Made by a program: the position numbers and the translations under genes. Below the pieces are notes generated by a model that saw only the letters and a list, made by a program, of their open reading frames with translations, was not told where the DNA came from and did not search any database. A DNA stretch of 64,000 nucleotides from an uncultured Thermotogae bacterium. Its GTDB lineage: Bacteria; Bipolaricaulota; Bipolaricaulia; UBA7950; UBA9294. Shown one piece after another: positions 27,812-37,757 of this stretch. Position 1 is the stretch's first letter. Each line of letters opens with the position of its first letter. The DNA lies in assembly GCA_964466035.1 (NCBI GenBank), contig CAYXLR010000002.1, positions 67,206 through 131,205 on the forward strand, read 5' to 3'.

Positions 27812-30228
27812 ACAAAGGCTGGAGGCTCGTCTACGAGGGGTTCGATCCGACGGAAGAGCCGCTCCGCGAGGCGCTCTGCACGCTGGGAAACGGGCGATTC
27901 GCCTCCCGCGGCGCGGCGGAGGCATCGAGCGCCGACGAGGTCCACTACCCCGGCACGTACATCGCCGGGGGGTACGACCGGCTGACGAGCGACGTCGCCG
28001 GGCGCGACGTGGTCAACGAGGACCTCGTCAACTTCCCGAACTGGCTCCCGCTGTCGTTCCGTCCCGAGGGCGGAGCGTGGTTCGGCGAGGGGGAAGCCGA
28101 GTTGTCCGACTACCGTCAGGAGCTCGACCTTCGTGGCGGAGTCCTGCTGCGCGCGTTCACCGTCCGGGACGCCGAGGGCCGCGAGACGCGCGTCTCTTCG
28201 CGTCGAATCGTTCACATGGGGGACCCACGGCTGGCCGGGATCGCGCAGGAGATCGTGCCGCTCAACTGGTCCGGAAAGATTGAGATCCGTTCGGGCCTCG
28301 ACGGCGGGGTGACGAACCGGGGGGTCGCGCGGTACCGGGAGCTTCGTGGGGATCACCTCGAGACGATCGACGCGGGGGAGACCGAAGACGGTCCGATCTT
28401 CCTCCACGTCCGAACGGTGCAGTCTCGGTTGGAGGTCTGCCTTGCGGCGCGAACGCGAGTCCGGCTGGGGAACGAGCCGGCGGAAGCGGGCGAAGTCGAG
28501 CGCCGCAACGGAGCGATCCGGCGGACGTTCGAGGTTCGCGTCCGGCCCGGCTGCCCCGTGCGCGTCGAGAAGGTCGTGGGGCTCTGCACGTCACGCGATC
28601 CGGCGATCGGCGATCTCGTCGAGGACGCGCTCGTCGCCGCTCGTCGGGCGCCGGACTTCGACGGCTTGCTCGCGTCGCATCGCGCCGCGTGGGAGTCGCT
28701 GTGGGACCGGTACGACGTCGAGGTCGACGTCTCGCCGAACGTCGATCTCGAGCCGCACGCGATCCAGTCGATCCTCCGGCTGCACACGTTCCACCTCCTG
28801 CAGACGGCGTCGCCGCACACGGTGGGGCTCGACGCGAGCGTCCCGGCGCGGGGGCTCCACGGCGAGGCGTATCGCGGCCACGTCTTCTGGGACGAGATGT
28901 ACCTCTTCCCGTTCTACCTGTACCGCGATCCCGAGCTGGCGCGCTCGCTCCTCCTGTATCGGTACCGTCGCCTCGGGGAGGCGCGGGCGAACGCCGTCGA
29001 GGACGGTCGCGCCGGCGCGATGTACCCGTGGCAGACCGGGTCGAGCGGGCGCGAGGAGACGCAGATCATCCATCTGAATCCCCGATCGGGGACGTGGGAC
29101 CCGGATCGCAGCCACCTTCAGCGGCACGTCGGCGCGGCGATCGCGGTGAACGTGTGGGACTACGTGCGGGCGACCGACGATCGAGACTTCCTCGCCCGAT
29201 ACGGGGCGGAGATGCTTCTCGAGATCGCCCGATTCTGGGTCAGCATGACCGAGGCGGACGAGGACGGGCGGTTCGAGATCGTCGGCGTGATGGGGCCGGA
29301 CGAGTTCCACGAGGCGTACCCCGGGGCGGCGGAGGGCGGGCTGCGGAACAACGCCTACACGAACGTGATGGCCGCGTGGTGCATCGGGAAGGCGCTGGAA
29401 GCGATGGAGCTTCTGGGCGAACGGGATCGATCGGCCGTGGCCGAGCGGATCGCTCTGGCGGGCGGGGAGACGGACCGGTGGCGCGAAGTCGTCCGCGGGA
29501 TGAAGATCCCGGTCCTCCCGAACGGCCTGATCGAGCAGTTCGAGGGGTACGGACGGCTCGAGGAGCTCGACTGGGACGCGTACCGCGCCAAGTACGGAGA
29601 CATCGGCCGGCTGGATCGGATCCTCAGGGCGGAGGGCGATTCGCCGGATCGGTACAAGCTCTCGAAGCAGGCCGATCTGTGCATGCTCTTCTACGTCTTC
29701 GATCGCGACGGGCTAGCGGAGCTGCTGGGGCAGATGGGGTACGAGCTGACGGAGGCGAAGCTGCGCGAGACGATCGAGTACTACCGGCGGCGGACGTCGC
29801 ACGGATCGACGCTCAGCCACCTCGTCTTCGCGGCGATCCTCGACCGGCTCGACCGGGGCGCGAGCTGGGGACACTTCGTCGAGGCGCTGCGCAGCGACGT
29901 CGACGACGTCCAAGGAGGGACGACGCCGGAGGGGATCCACGCCGCGGTGATGGCGGGGACGGTCCGGCACGTGATCGAGCGGTACGCCGGCCTTCGGCTG
30001 GACGCCGACCGCCTGTCTCTGACCCCGAGACCGCCGACCGGGATCGATCGGATCCGGTTCTCCGTTCAATGGGGGGACACCGTCGCGGCGATCGAGGTCG
30101 ATCGCGAGCGCGTCCGGATCGAGGTCCCTGTGGGCGCTCCCTCCGCCGTCCCCGTGCGAGTAAACGGGACGGACGGCGTCGCCGCGGCCGTCGAGCCGCT
30201 CGTCGTTGCGTACGCCTCGGCGGGGTGA
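27808..30228 (+). CDS. Glycoside hydrolase family 65 (trehalose/maltose/kojibiose phosphorylase-type)
   Basis: An N-terminal beta-sandwich region is followed by a catalytic (alpha/alpha)6 region with motifs such as GEAYRGHVFWDEMY and YPWQTGSSGREE. The GTG start overlaps the upstream stop (GTGA). Confidence 0.85.
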   Translation: MNKGWRLVYEGFDPTEEPLREALCTLGNGRFASRGAAEASSADEVHYPGTYIAGGYDRLTSDVAGRDVVNEDLVNFPNWLPLSFRPEGGAWFGEGEAELSDYRQELDLRGGVLLRAFTVRDAEGRETRVSSRRIVHMGDPRLAGIAQEIVPLNWSGKIEIRSGLDGGVTNRGVARYRELRGDHLETIDAGETEDGPIFLHVRTVQSRLEVCLAARTRVRLGNEPAEAGEVERRNGAIRRTFEVRVRPGCPVRVEKVVGLCTSRDPAIGDLVEDALVAARRAPDFDGLLASHRAAWESLWDRYDVEVDVSPNVDLEPHAIQSILRLHTFHLLQTASPHTVGLDASVPARGLHGEAYRGHVFWDEMYLFPFYLYRDPELARSLLLYRYRRLGEARANAVEDGRAGAMYPWQTGSSGREETQIIHLNPRSGTWDPDRSHLQRHVGAAIAVNVWDYVRATDDRDFLARYGAEMLLEIARFWVSMTEADEDGRFEIVGVMGPDEFHEAYPGAAEGGLRNNAYTNVMAAWCIGKALEAMELLGERDRSAVAERIALAGGETDRWREVVRGMKIPVLPNGLIEQFEGYGRLEELDWDAYRAKYGDIGRLDRILRAEGDSPDRYKLSKQADLCMLFYVFDRDGLAELLGQMGYELTEAKLRETIEYYRRRTSHGSTLSHLVFAAILDRLDRGASWGHFVEALRSDVDDVQGGTTPEGIHAAVMAGTVRHVIERYAGLRLDADRLSLTPRPPTGIDRIRFSVQWGDTVAAIEVDRERVRIEVPVGAPSAVPVRVNGTDGVAAAVEPLVVAYASAG

Positions 30229-30292
30229 ACTTCCCGCGCGGAACGGTTGAGCAGCAGGATCTCGTCCCGGCCGACGGAGGGGCCGAACGGAG

Positions 30293-30574
30293 CTACTCGA
30301 CGACTTCGACGCCCTTCCAGAAGGCGACGTGGTTCTTGATGTGACCGGCCGCCTCCTTCGGCTCCGGGTAGGCCCAGGCGGCGTTCTTATTCTCGTCCCC
30401 TTCCGCGACGATGTGGTAGTAGTGCGCCTCGCCCTTCCAGGGGCAGATCGTGCGATGCGGGCTCTCGCGCAGGAACTTCCTGCGGACCGAGTCGGGCGGG
30501 AAGTAGTGGTTGTTCTCGACGACGACCGTCCGATCGCTCTCGGCGATGACGTGGCCGTTCCATATGGCTCTCAT
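30293..30574 (-). CDS. DUF427 domain protein
   Basis: MRAIWNGHVIAESDRTVVVENNHYFPPDSV...CPWKGEAHYY is typical DUF427 text. Confidence 0.8.
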   Translation of the reverse strand: MRAIWNGHVIAESDRTVVVENNHYFPPDSVRRKFLRESPHRTICPWKGEAHYYHIVAEGDENKNAAWAYPEPKEAAGHIKNHVAFWKGVEVVE

Positions 30575-30708
30575 GCTTCTCCTTCCCTCCTACCGCATCA
30601 GCGTCGGAGAGAGGCGTGAAGGAGACGTGGGGAACGTATCGCGAAGAGATGAAGCCGCGCCCGTCCCGAGGGAACGGGCGCCGGCGGCTCTTCATGCTGC
30701 GTCTCGAC

Positions 30709-31092
30709 TCAGATGTTCAGCGCGTCGAGGATGATCCGGACGATCAACAACACCCAGCCGACGATGATCCCGATCCAGATGATCCGTCGGGCGAAGTCGA
30801 GCAGCCCGAACAGGAGCAGGATGAGCGTGATGAAGGCGAGGTAGCCGATCGGCTTCTCCAGGTCGCTCGAGACGCGGTCGTTGGTGATCAGGTTCAGGAC
30901 GTACAGGACGCCCTGACCGAGGTACGTCGCGGCACTGTCGATGTAGGTGAGAAACTGGTCGATCGCCGTCTCGGCGGTCTCGCGGACCGGCTCGGAGACG
31001 GCCGGGGTCGCGTCCTGCCCCCCTCCGACCAGCGGGACGAGACAGACAACGGCGAGCAACACGTAGACAGCGGCACGCTTCTTCGTAATCAT
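30709..31092 (-). CDS. Hypothetical membrane protein with an N-terminal signal/anchor
   Basis: MITKKRAAVYVLLAVVCLVPLVGGG is followed by two C-terminal TM helices. No family was recognised. Confidence 0.55.
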   Translation of the reverse strand: MITKKRAAVYVLLAVVCLVPLVGGGQDATPAVSEPVRETAETAIDQFLTYIDSAATYLGQGVLYVLNLITNDRVSSDLEKPIGYLAFITLILLLFGLLDFARRIIWIGIIVGWVLLIVRIILDALNI

Positions 31093-31230
31093 GAACCCCC
31101 CCTTTCTTTGGCCGCACAACTGTACCACGAAGCCCGACGGCGGTGAAAGCGGCGTCCGTCATTTGGCGAGCTCCCACTTGCCCCCTGCTCGGCGTGTACG
31201 CGTGTCCGTCGAGCGGTCCGGCCGGAGTCG

Positions 31231-32613
31231 CTACGGCTCGATCGGTTCCGCGACGCCGTGGGGGACCGTCGTGTCGAAGCGGTCCCGAAGCGCACGCATC
31301 GCCGAGACGAACATCAGCACGGTGACGACCGCGGCGAGGCCGTCGGCGATCGGGAACGACGCCCAGATGCCGTCGAGTCCGAGAAAACGGGGCAGAACGA
31401 CGACGAGGGGAATCAGAAGGATGACCTGGCGAAGGAGCGCGAGGACCAGCGCGGGGAGCGGCCGTCCGAGCGCTTGGTACATCCCGGCCGCGACGACCTG
31501 GAAGCCGACTGTCGGGAAGGCGAGGATGACGATGCGAATCGCTGGCGTCCCCATGGACAAGACCTCGGCGTCCTGCGTGAAGATCCGCAGCAGCAGCGCC
31601 GGGACGCTCAGCAGGAGGATCGTCGTTCCGACCGACATCGCCGTGGTAACGAGGTTGGACAGGCGGACGGCGTGACGGACGCGCTCGAGCTGACCGGCTC
31701 CGTAGTTGTAGCCGACGATCGGCATCATCCCTTGGACGATCCCGAACATCGGGAGGAAGAGGAACATGATCATTCGGTTGACCACGCCGAAGGTCGCGAT
31801 GGCGATGTCCCCACCGTACGTCGCAAGGCTCGTGTTGAGGATAATGACGGTGAAGCTGGACGCTGCCGAGCGCAGCCCGGACCCCAGGCCGACGGTGACG
31901 GCCTCCCAGAGAATGGAACGATTCAGACGGAAGTGATGCGGCCGGGTCCGAAGCGAGCTGCGTCCGCCGAAGAAGTAGTAGACCAAGTACACGACGGTGG
32001 TCGCCTGGGCGAGGACCGTGGCCAAGGCGGCGCCGCGAATGCCGAGACGGAGGCCGTAGATGAACAGCGGATCGAGGCCGATGTTGAGCAGGCCCGCGAT
32101 GATCATCGTCCACATCGCGACGCGGGCGTTCCCCTCCGCTCGGACCACGGCGTTGGTCGCCATGGCGAACATGAAGAACGGCGTGCCGATCAGAATGAAC
32201 CGCGAGTAGTCGGCGGCGTACGGGAGGATCCCTTCGGTCGCTCCGAAGAACCTTAGAAGGGCCGGCAGAAACAGGCTCCCGAAGACGGCGATGATCGTGC
32301 TGGACAGCACGACCACCGTGAACAGGTTGCCGAGGGCATGGCGGGCTTCCTCCTGGTCGCCGGCGCCCAACCGCCGGGAGACGATCGACGCGCAGCCGAT
32401 GCCGAACAGCTGTGCGAGCGCCATCACGAGAATCTGGATGGGAAAGGATATGGCGATCCCGGCGATGGCCAGCGACCCGACACCCCGTCCGACGAAGATC
32501 GTGTCGGTCAGGTTGTACATGGCTTGCACCATCAGCCCGACCATCGCGGGGGCCGACATCTTGACCAGCAGCCGACGGATCGGCGCGGTTCCGAGCTGGG
32601 AGCTGTGGTCCAT
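31231..32613 (-). CDS. MATE-family efflux transporter
   Basis: It has a 12-TM layout and the N-terminus PIRRLLVKMSAPAMVGLMVQAMYNLTDTIFVGR typical of MATE/NorM proteins. Confidence 0.85.
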   Translation of the reverse strand: MDHSSQLGTAPIRRLLVKMSAPAMVGLMVQAMYNLTDTIFVGRGVGSLAIAGIAISFPIQILVMALAQLFGIGCASIVSRRLGAGDQEEARHALGNLFTVVVLSSTIIAVFGSLFLPALLRFFGATEGILPYAADYSRFILIGTPFFMFAMATNAVVRAEGNARVAMWTMIIAGLLNIGLDPLFIYGLRLGIRGAALATVLAQATTVVYLVYYFFGGRSSLRTRPHHFRLNRSILWEAVTVGLGSGLRSAASSFTVIILNTSLATYGGDIAIATFGVVNRMIMFLFLPMFGIVQGMMPIVGYNYGAGQLERVRHAVRLSNLVTTAMSVGTTILLLSVPALLLRIFTQDAEVLSMGTPAIRIVILAFPTVGFQVVAAGMYQALGRPLPALVLALLRQVILLIPLVVVLPRFLGLDGIWASFPIADGLAAVVTVLMFVSAMRALRDRFDTTVPHGVAEPIEP

Positions 32614-32723
32614 GATCCGATGCCCTCCGTCCGCGGACGCCCCGGGCCTCAGACCGAGTGCGATGTTGGCCCGCTTGCCGTAGAGCGATCATGATATCGC
32701 GCCGGTCCACGACGCGAAAGCGG

Positions 32724-33482
32724 CTAAGCGGGCGATCCGAGCGCTTCGGGGTCGAACAGCTCCGGCGGGAGGGGTTCGTCGCCGATCTCGAGGATCTCTG
32801 AGGTCGTCTCGCGGCCGACGAGGAACAGGTTGACGATCCTCTGACGGACGACGTAGAGGTCGTCTTCGTTTCGTGTCTGGTAGCTCTCGTAGAAGACCTC
32901 GTAGAACGGGATCCCGCTCAACGCGTACAGGACCGCCGAGACCGGCCGCAGCGTCTCCGGATCGACGGTCACCGTCGCCGCCTGAAACGCGACCGAGAAG
33001 TCCACCGCCTCCAGGTCCACCTCGAGGAGAGGGGTTCCGTCTTCGGTGACGATCGAGCGACGCTCGGCCACGGTGTAGTCGTCGAGGAATCGGATCCCGC
33101 TGGTCTGGGCGACGGCGGCGTCGCCGAAGACCTCGGTGGTGGCCGAGGTCTTGATCGGGGAATCGAGATCGGGCCCGAAGAAGTAGGTCGCCTCGGGCGT
33201 GCTGAGGTAGATCTGCCCCGCCAGTTCCTCGGGTGAGAGGAACTCGATCCGGGCGGTCTGTTCATCGGGGATGGGGGCGAACAGGAGTCGGATCTCGGCG
33301 TCCCGTTCCTCCTCCGGTGTGACGGCGTGGATTCGGACGCGGACGGTCGTCACGGACTCGGCGAAGAATCGGGCCTCGTCGAGGGCCGCGAGCAACTCGT
33401 CGTCGGACAGCGCATCCTGGCCGAACGCGGTGAGCCCGGCCGAGAAGAGAACTCCGAGGACGAGCACGATCGATGGTCTCAT
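32724..33482 (-). CDS. LolA-like outer-membrane-lipoprotein-sorting family protein
   Basis: It has a signal peptide (MRPSIVLVLGVLFSAGLTAFGQ). Size and position downstream of two FtsX permeases match the LolA-like partner commonly found in such clusters. The track ORF is over-extended. Confidence 0.6.
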   Translation of the reverse strand: MRPSIVLVLGVLFSAGLTAFGQDALSDDELLAALDEARFFAESVTTVRVRIHAVTPEEERDAEIRLLFAPIPDEQTARIEFLSPEELAGQIYLSTPEATYFFGPDLDSPIKTSATTEVFGDAAVAQTSGIRFLDDYTVAERRSIVTEDGTPLLEVDLEAVDFSVAFQAATVTVDPETLRPVSAVLYALSGIPFYEVFYESYQTRNEDDLYVVRQRIVNLFLVGRETTSEILEIGDEPLPPELFDPEALGSPA

Positions 33483-33508
33483 GTAGACTCCTTTCCTTGA
33501 GGGGGCGA

Positions 33509-34720
33509 CTATGCGGTCTTCAATGCTTCGACGATCCGCTGTCGCGAGCTCTTCCACGCCGGGATCAACGCGCTCGTCAGCGTCGCGAAGATCGCAGTGA
33601 CGAACGGCGTGACGGCGACCGAGGGGGACAGTGCGAGGCGAAGCGCCTGCGGGATGGGAGCGCCGGGCGGGGTCCATTCGACCCCGACGGCGTTGAACAC
33701 CGCGGCAAGGACCGACCCCACCAGGACGCCGAGGGTCGCCCCGATCAGTCCGAGGAGGATCCCCTCGAGCAGGAACGTTTGGAAGATGCGGCCCCGCGAC
33801 GTTCCGAACGCCCGCAGCGTGCCGACCTCGCGGGTCCGCTCCAAGAAGGAGAGCGTCAGCACCTCGACGACGGAGAAGAAGACGAGGGCGAACACCGCGA
33901 TCCCGGCCAGCCCGCTGAACGCCGTGTAGAACGAGCTGAGCGATTCGTAGCTCGGGTTGAGCTCTTCCCACGTCCGCGTCGCGAGGGGAATCCCGGCGTC
34001 ATCGAGCTCGGCCTGGAGGCTCGCCGCGAACGCCTCGGCGTCGTCCAGATCTTCGAGCCCGATGAGAATCCGCTCGACCCCGTCGGTCTTGAGTAGGCGC
34101 TGAACGAAGCCGATGGGGAACAACCCGAGCTGCGCCTCGAGTTCCTCGAGGCTGTATCGCAGGGTTCCGATGACGTCGACGGTCGCGGCGTTGAAGTTGC
34201 CGGAGACCGTCCCGGTGGCGACGTTGATCCGGTCCCCCGGTTCGACGTCCAGCTTCGCGGCCAGGCTGGCGCCGAGGATCGTCTGTCGAGAAGCGTCCTC
34301 GGGGAGCGGATCTCCGCTGACGATGATGCACTCGTACTCCTCGACGCAGCTGCACGGGACGATGCCCCGCCCGATGACGAGCGTGCTGCCCCGCTCGTCG
34401 CCGATGAGGCCGGCAAAGTTCAATTGCCACGAGGCGCCCGTGACACCGGGCCGGGCCGCAATGAGATCGAGCGTCCGCTCGCGAAGCTGTGGGGAAACGA
34501 GGACTTCGTAGGCGTCGGCGGTGTTCTCGAACAGCCGCTCGTCGGCGACCTGAACGGCACCGGTCTCGCAGGCGAGCGACCGCTTGGTGGAGTTCAGCGC
34601 TTCTCCGATGAACCCGAGAAGGAACAGGAACACCGAGGTGCCGACGACGATCACGGCCAAGCTGAACAGCGTACGACGACGGTTTCGGAAGACGTTGCGC
34701 AGCGCGATCTTGAATTGCAT
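33509..34720 (-). CDS. ABC transporter permease (FtsX/MacB-type)
   Basis: An N-terminal TM helix is followed by a large extracytoplasmic domain and a C-terminal FtsX 3-TM bundle (ERTREVGTLRAFG). Confidence 0.85.
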   Translation of the reverse strand: MQFKIALRNVFRNRRRTLFSLAVIVVGTSVFLFLLGFIGEALNSTKRSLACETGAVQVADERLFENTADAYEVLVSPQLRERTLDLIAARPGVTGASWQLNFAGLIGDERGSTLVIGRGIVPCSCVEEYECIIVSGDPLPEDASRQTILGASLAAKLDVEPGDRINVATGTVSGNFNAATVDVIGTLRYSLEELEAQLGLFPIGFVQRLLKTDGVERILIGLEDLDDAEAFAASLQAELDDAGIPLATRTWEELNPSYESLSSFYTAFSGLAGIAVFALVFFSVVEVLTLSFLERTREVGTLRAFGTSRGRIFQTFLLEGILLGLIGATLGVLVGSVLAAVFNAVGVEWTPPGAPIPQALRLALSPSVAVTPFVTAIFATLTSALIPAWKSSRQRIVEALKTA

Positions 34721-34729
34721 CCGGGCCTC

Positions 34730-35941
34730 CTACTCCACCCTCAGGGCGTCGACGACGCGAAGCCGAGCCGCCTGCAACGCCGGATACAGCGCGCTGAGCA
34801 GCGTCGCAACGAGGCTGACGAGAAACGGCAGCAGCACGGTCAACGGCCCGATGCGCGTGCCCAGGACGCTGGGCTCGACCGTTCCTGGCGGCAGCCATTC
34901 GATGCCGAGGGCGTTGAAGCCGAGGCTAAGCAGGATTCCGGCGAGGATCCCGATCAGGCTCCCGAGCACGGCCAGCCACGCGCTCTCCGAGAAGAAAAGC
35001 CGGAACACCTCTCCGCGGGTCGTTCCGAGCGCCCGCAACGTTCCGATCTCGCGGGTCCGCTCGAGGAAGGCGAGGGTCAGTACCTGGAGGATGATGAAGA
35101 AGACAAGCACCGAGATGGCGAGGGTGAGGAAGCCGAACAGCAGGTCGAAGTACGACGACAGCTGCTGGTAGATCGGACTCAGCTCCTCCCAGGTGCGCAC
35201 CTCGAGCGGCAGTTCCGCGTCCGCCAGGCCGGCCTCGATCCGTGCGGCCGCGGCATCGGTGGCCGCGATCCGGTCGAGCTCGACGATCACTCGGTCGATC
35301 CCGTTCGTGTTGAGCAGCAGCAGCCCGAACCGGAGCGGTACGAGAAGCACCTGTGACTCGACCTGCTCGCTCGAGAACCCGTAGATGCCGGCGATGACGA
35401 ACGGACTCGCGTTGTACGCGCCGTCCACCGTGGTGAGGGTGACCGTGATCGCGTCGCCGACTTCGAGCGACAGGAGATCGGCGAGCGCCCGCCCGACGAG
35501 GGCGGAGGCCAGGTCGTCGGGACGCAGCTCGCGGCCCTCGACGACGTACTCGCCGAAGTCGAGCAGACCGTTCTCCGGCTCGATCGCTCGGAGCCGGACG
35601 ACTTGGGTCTGGTTCCCGGAGGCGGCCAACCCGGGGAACTCGAGCTGTACCGTGCTCGCGACGTACGACGGCTCGTTGCGAAGCAGCGCGGTGAGGGCCT
35701 CGACGTGATCCGGGGTCAGCAGGTACTCGTACCCCTCGGCCTCGTCGTCGAACAGCAGCGGCGAAGCGATTTGGAGGTTGCCGTACTCGGCGACGCTCAC
35801 GTCGCGGATCTGGTCCCGCGCGTTGTCGAGGAACGCGAGGACGAACAGCGAAATCGCCGTCCCGAACGCGATGATCGCGAGAGAGATCAGCGTCCGTCGC
35901 CGGTTACGCCATAGGCTGCGAAGCGGGATCCACCACCACAC
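34730..35941 (-). CDS. ABC transporter permease (FtsX/MacB-type)
   Basis: It is a paralogue of the downstream permease and carries ERTREIGTLRALG. Confidence 0.85.
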   Translation of the reverse strand: MWWWIPLRSLWRNRRRTLISLAIIAFGTAISLFVLAFLDNARDQIRDVSVAEYGNLQIASPLLFDDEAEGYEYLLTPDHVEALTALLRNEPSYVASTVQLEFPGLAASGNQTQVVRLRAIEPENGLLDFGEYVVEGRELRPDDLASALVGRALADLLSLEVGDAITVTLTTVDGAYNASPFVIAGIYGFSSEQVESQVLLVPLRFGLLLLNTNGIDRVIVELDRIAATDAAAARIEAGLADAELPLEVRTWEELSPIYQQLSSYFDLLFGFLTLAISVLVFFIILQVLTLAFLERTREIGTLRALGTTRGEVFRLFFSESAWLAVLGSLIGILAGILLSLGFNALGIEWLPPGTVEPSVLGTRIGPLTVLLPFLVSLVATLLSALYPALQAARLRVVDALRVE

Positions 35942-35942
35942 G

Positions 35943-36656
35943 TCAGCTCTCCTCCCGCAGCGACCCGTCGTGGATGCGGATGTGCCGCTGGCCGTAATCC
36001 GACACGGCCGGATCGTGGGTCACGATGAGGAAGGTCACGCAGTGCTCCTCGTTGAGGCCGCGCATCAGCTCCATCACCGACCCGCCGGTCTCCGAGTCGA
36101 GGTTGGCGGTCGGTTCGTCGGCGAGCACGATCTTGGGTCGGGTGATCAGCGCCCGGGCGATCGCGACGCGCTGGCGTTGGCCGCCCGACAGCTCGTTCGG
36201 CCGGCGCCGCATGAGATCGGCGAGCCCGACCTCCGCGAGCAGCGCGGAGACCCGGTCCCGTCGCTGCGCCTTGTCGACCTTCTGGAGCAGCAACGGGTAC
36301 TCGACGTTCTCGGCGGCGGTGAGGACCGGAATGAGGTTGAACGATTGGAAGATCAACCCGATCCGGGACTTCCGCAGCGCCGCGAGCTGTCCCTCGGTCT
36401 GCGTGCTCGTCGGCTGCCCTTCGATCAGGACCTCCCCGGACGTGGGTCGGTCGATCGCCGAGATCAGATTCAGGAACGTGGTCTTGCCGCTGCCCGACGG
36501 GCCGTTGATCACCACGAAATCCCCTTGTCGCGCGACGAAGTCGACCTCGCGTAGCGCGTAGATCGTCTCCGTCCCCATCCGATAGGTCTTCGTCAGCTCC
36601 CGCGTTTCGAGGAATCGCTCGCCGTGCGAGTGGCAGAACCGGCTTTCGTTGTCCAT
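35943..36656 (-). CDS. ABC transporter ATP-binding protein (LolD/MacB-type)
   Basis: Walker A is GPSGSGKTT, the signature is LSGGQRQRVAIARA and Walker B is VLADEPT. Confidence 0.9.
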   Translation of the reverse strand: MDNESRFCHSHGERFLETRELTKTYRMGTETIYALREVDFVARQGDFVVINGPSGSGKTTFLNLISAIDRPTSGEVLIEGQPTSTQTEGQLAALRKSRIGLIFQSFNLIPVLTAAENVEYPLLLQKVDKAQRRDRVSALLAEVGLADLMRRRPNELSGGQRQRVAIARALITRPKIVLADEPTANLDSETGGSVMELMRGLNEEHCVTFLIVTHDPAVSDYGQRHIRIHDGSLREES

Positions 36657-36790
36657 ACGTCCCTCCCGCTCCGCGCCAGTCTATACGGTTCTCTTGGGCG
36701 TCGTGTAATCGGACCGGGCGTGGATACTCAGGAGAAGTGGGTACACTCTGAAATGGATCTGTGCGAGTTGTGAAGAAAGGAGCGACGCCG

Positions 36791-37687
36791 ATGAGATCGA
36801 TTCCGGTCGGACGGGTGATCTACGCGTTCGCGACGGAGATGGAACCGGCCGCCCACGTAGCGGCGGGAGAAACGGTGGTCTTCGAGACGCGGGACGCGTT
36901 CGGCGGGCAGGTGAAGAGCCCGGAGGACATCCTGGCCGAGCTCGACTTCGACCGCATCAACCCGGTGACCGGCCCGGTCTTCGTCGACGGCGCCGAGCCG
37001 GGCGACACGCTGGTTGTCCGCGTGGTATCGATCGAACCGGCCGGTTCGGGGGCGATCGTCACCGGACCGGGAATGGGTGTTCTCGGGAAGGAGATCGAAC
37101 GACACGCGACGCGGATCCTCCCGGTCGAAGGCGACACCGTCCGCTTCGATGATCTGCGGATTCCCGCGTCTCCGATGATCGGCGTCATCGGCGTGGCGCC
37201 GGGTGAGGGAACCCATCCGACGGGAACGGCGCATCGCCACGGCGGGAACATGGACACCAAGGAGATCGGGACGGGCTGCACCGTCTACCTCCCGGTGGCA
37301 CAGCCGGGCGCGCTCCTCGCGCTCGGGGACGTCCACGCCGTGCAGGCGGACGGAGAGGTCTGCGTCTCCGCCTGCGAGGTCGCCGCACGGGTGACGGTCG
37401 AGATCGACCTGATCAAGGGACGCAACGCGGACTGGCCGATCGTCGAGCTGGACGACGCCGTGTACGTTTTGGTCTCGCTGCCGACGATCGAGGAGGCGTT
37501 GAAGGAGGCGACGCGTCAGGCGGTGCGGCTGATCGAGGCGGCGCGCGACCTGTCGCACGAGGACGCCTACATGCTCGCCAGCCTCGCGGCCGACGTCGGG
37601 GTCAGCCAGCTCGTCGATCCGAACAAGACGGCGAAGGCGAGGATCCCGACCGCGGTCCTGGCGAAGCCGGTGGAGGCGTGGTTGTGA
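36791..37687 (+). CDS. Acetamidase/formamidase-family amidase
   Basis: FmdA/AmdA-like text is present ([38 protein letters not shown]). The start is set at the ATG with AAGGAG 7 nt upstream. Confidence 0.8.
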   Translation: MRSIPVGRVIYAFATEMEPAAHVAAGETVVFETRDAFGGQVKSPEDILAELDFDRINPVTGPVFVDGAEPGDTLVVRVVSIEPAGSGAIVTGPGMGVLGKEIERHATRILPVEGDTVRFDDLRIPASPMIGVIGVAPGEGTHPTGTAHRHGGNMDTKEIGTGCTVYLPVAQPGALLALGDVHAVQADGEVCVSACEVAARVTVEIDLIKGRNADWPIVELDDAVYVLVSLPTIEEALKEATRQAVRLIEAARDLSHEDAYMLASLAADVGVSQLVDPNKTAKARIPTAVLAKPVEAWL

Positions 37688-37757
37688 GCGCGCCCGCGGT
37701 CGGTACGATATGCGCGGGCAACGGATGCGGATTGGATCGGAAAGGGGTTGAGACCGA

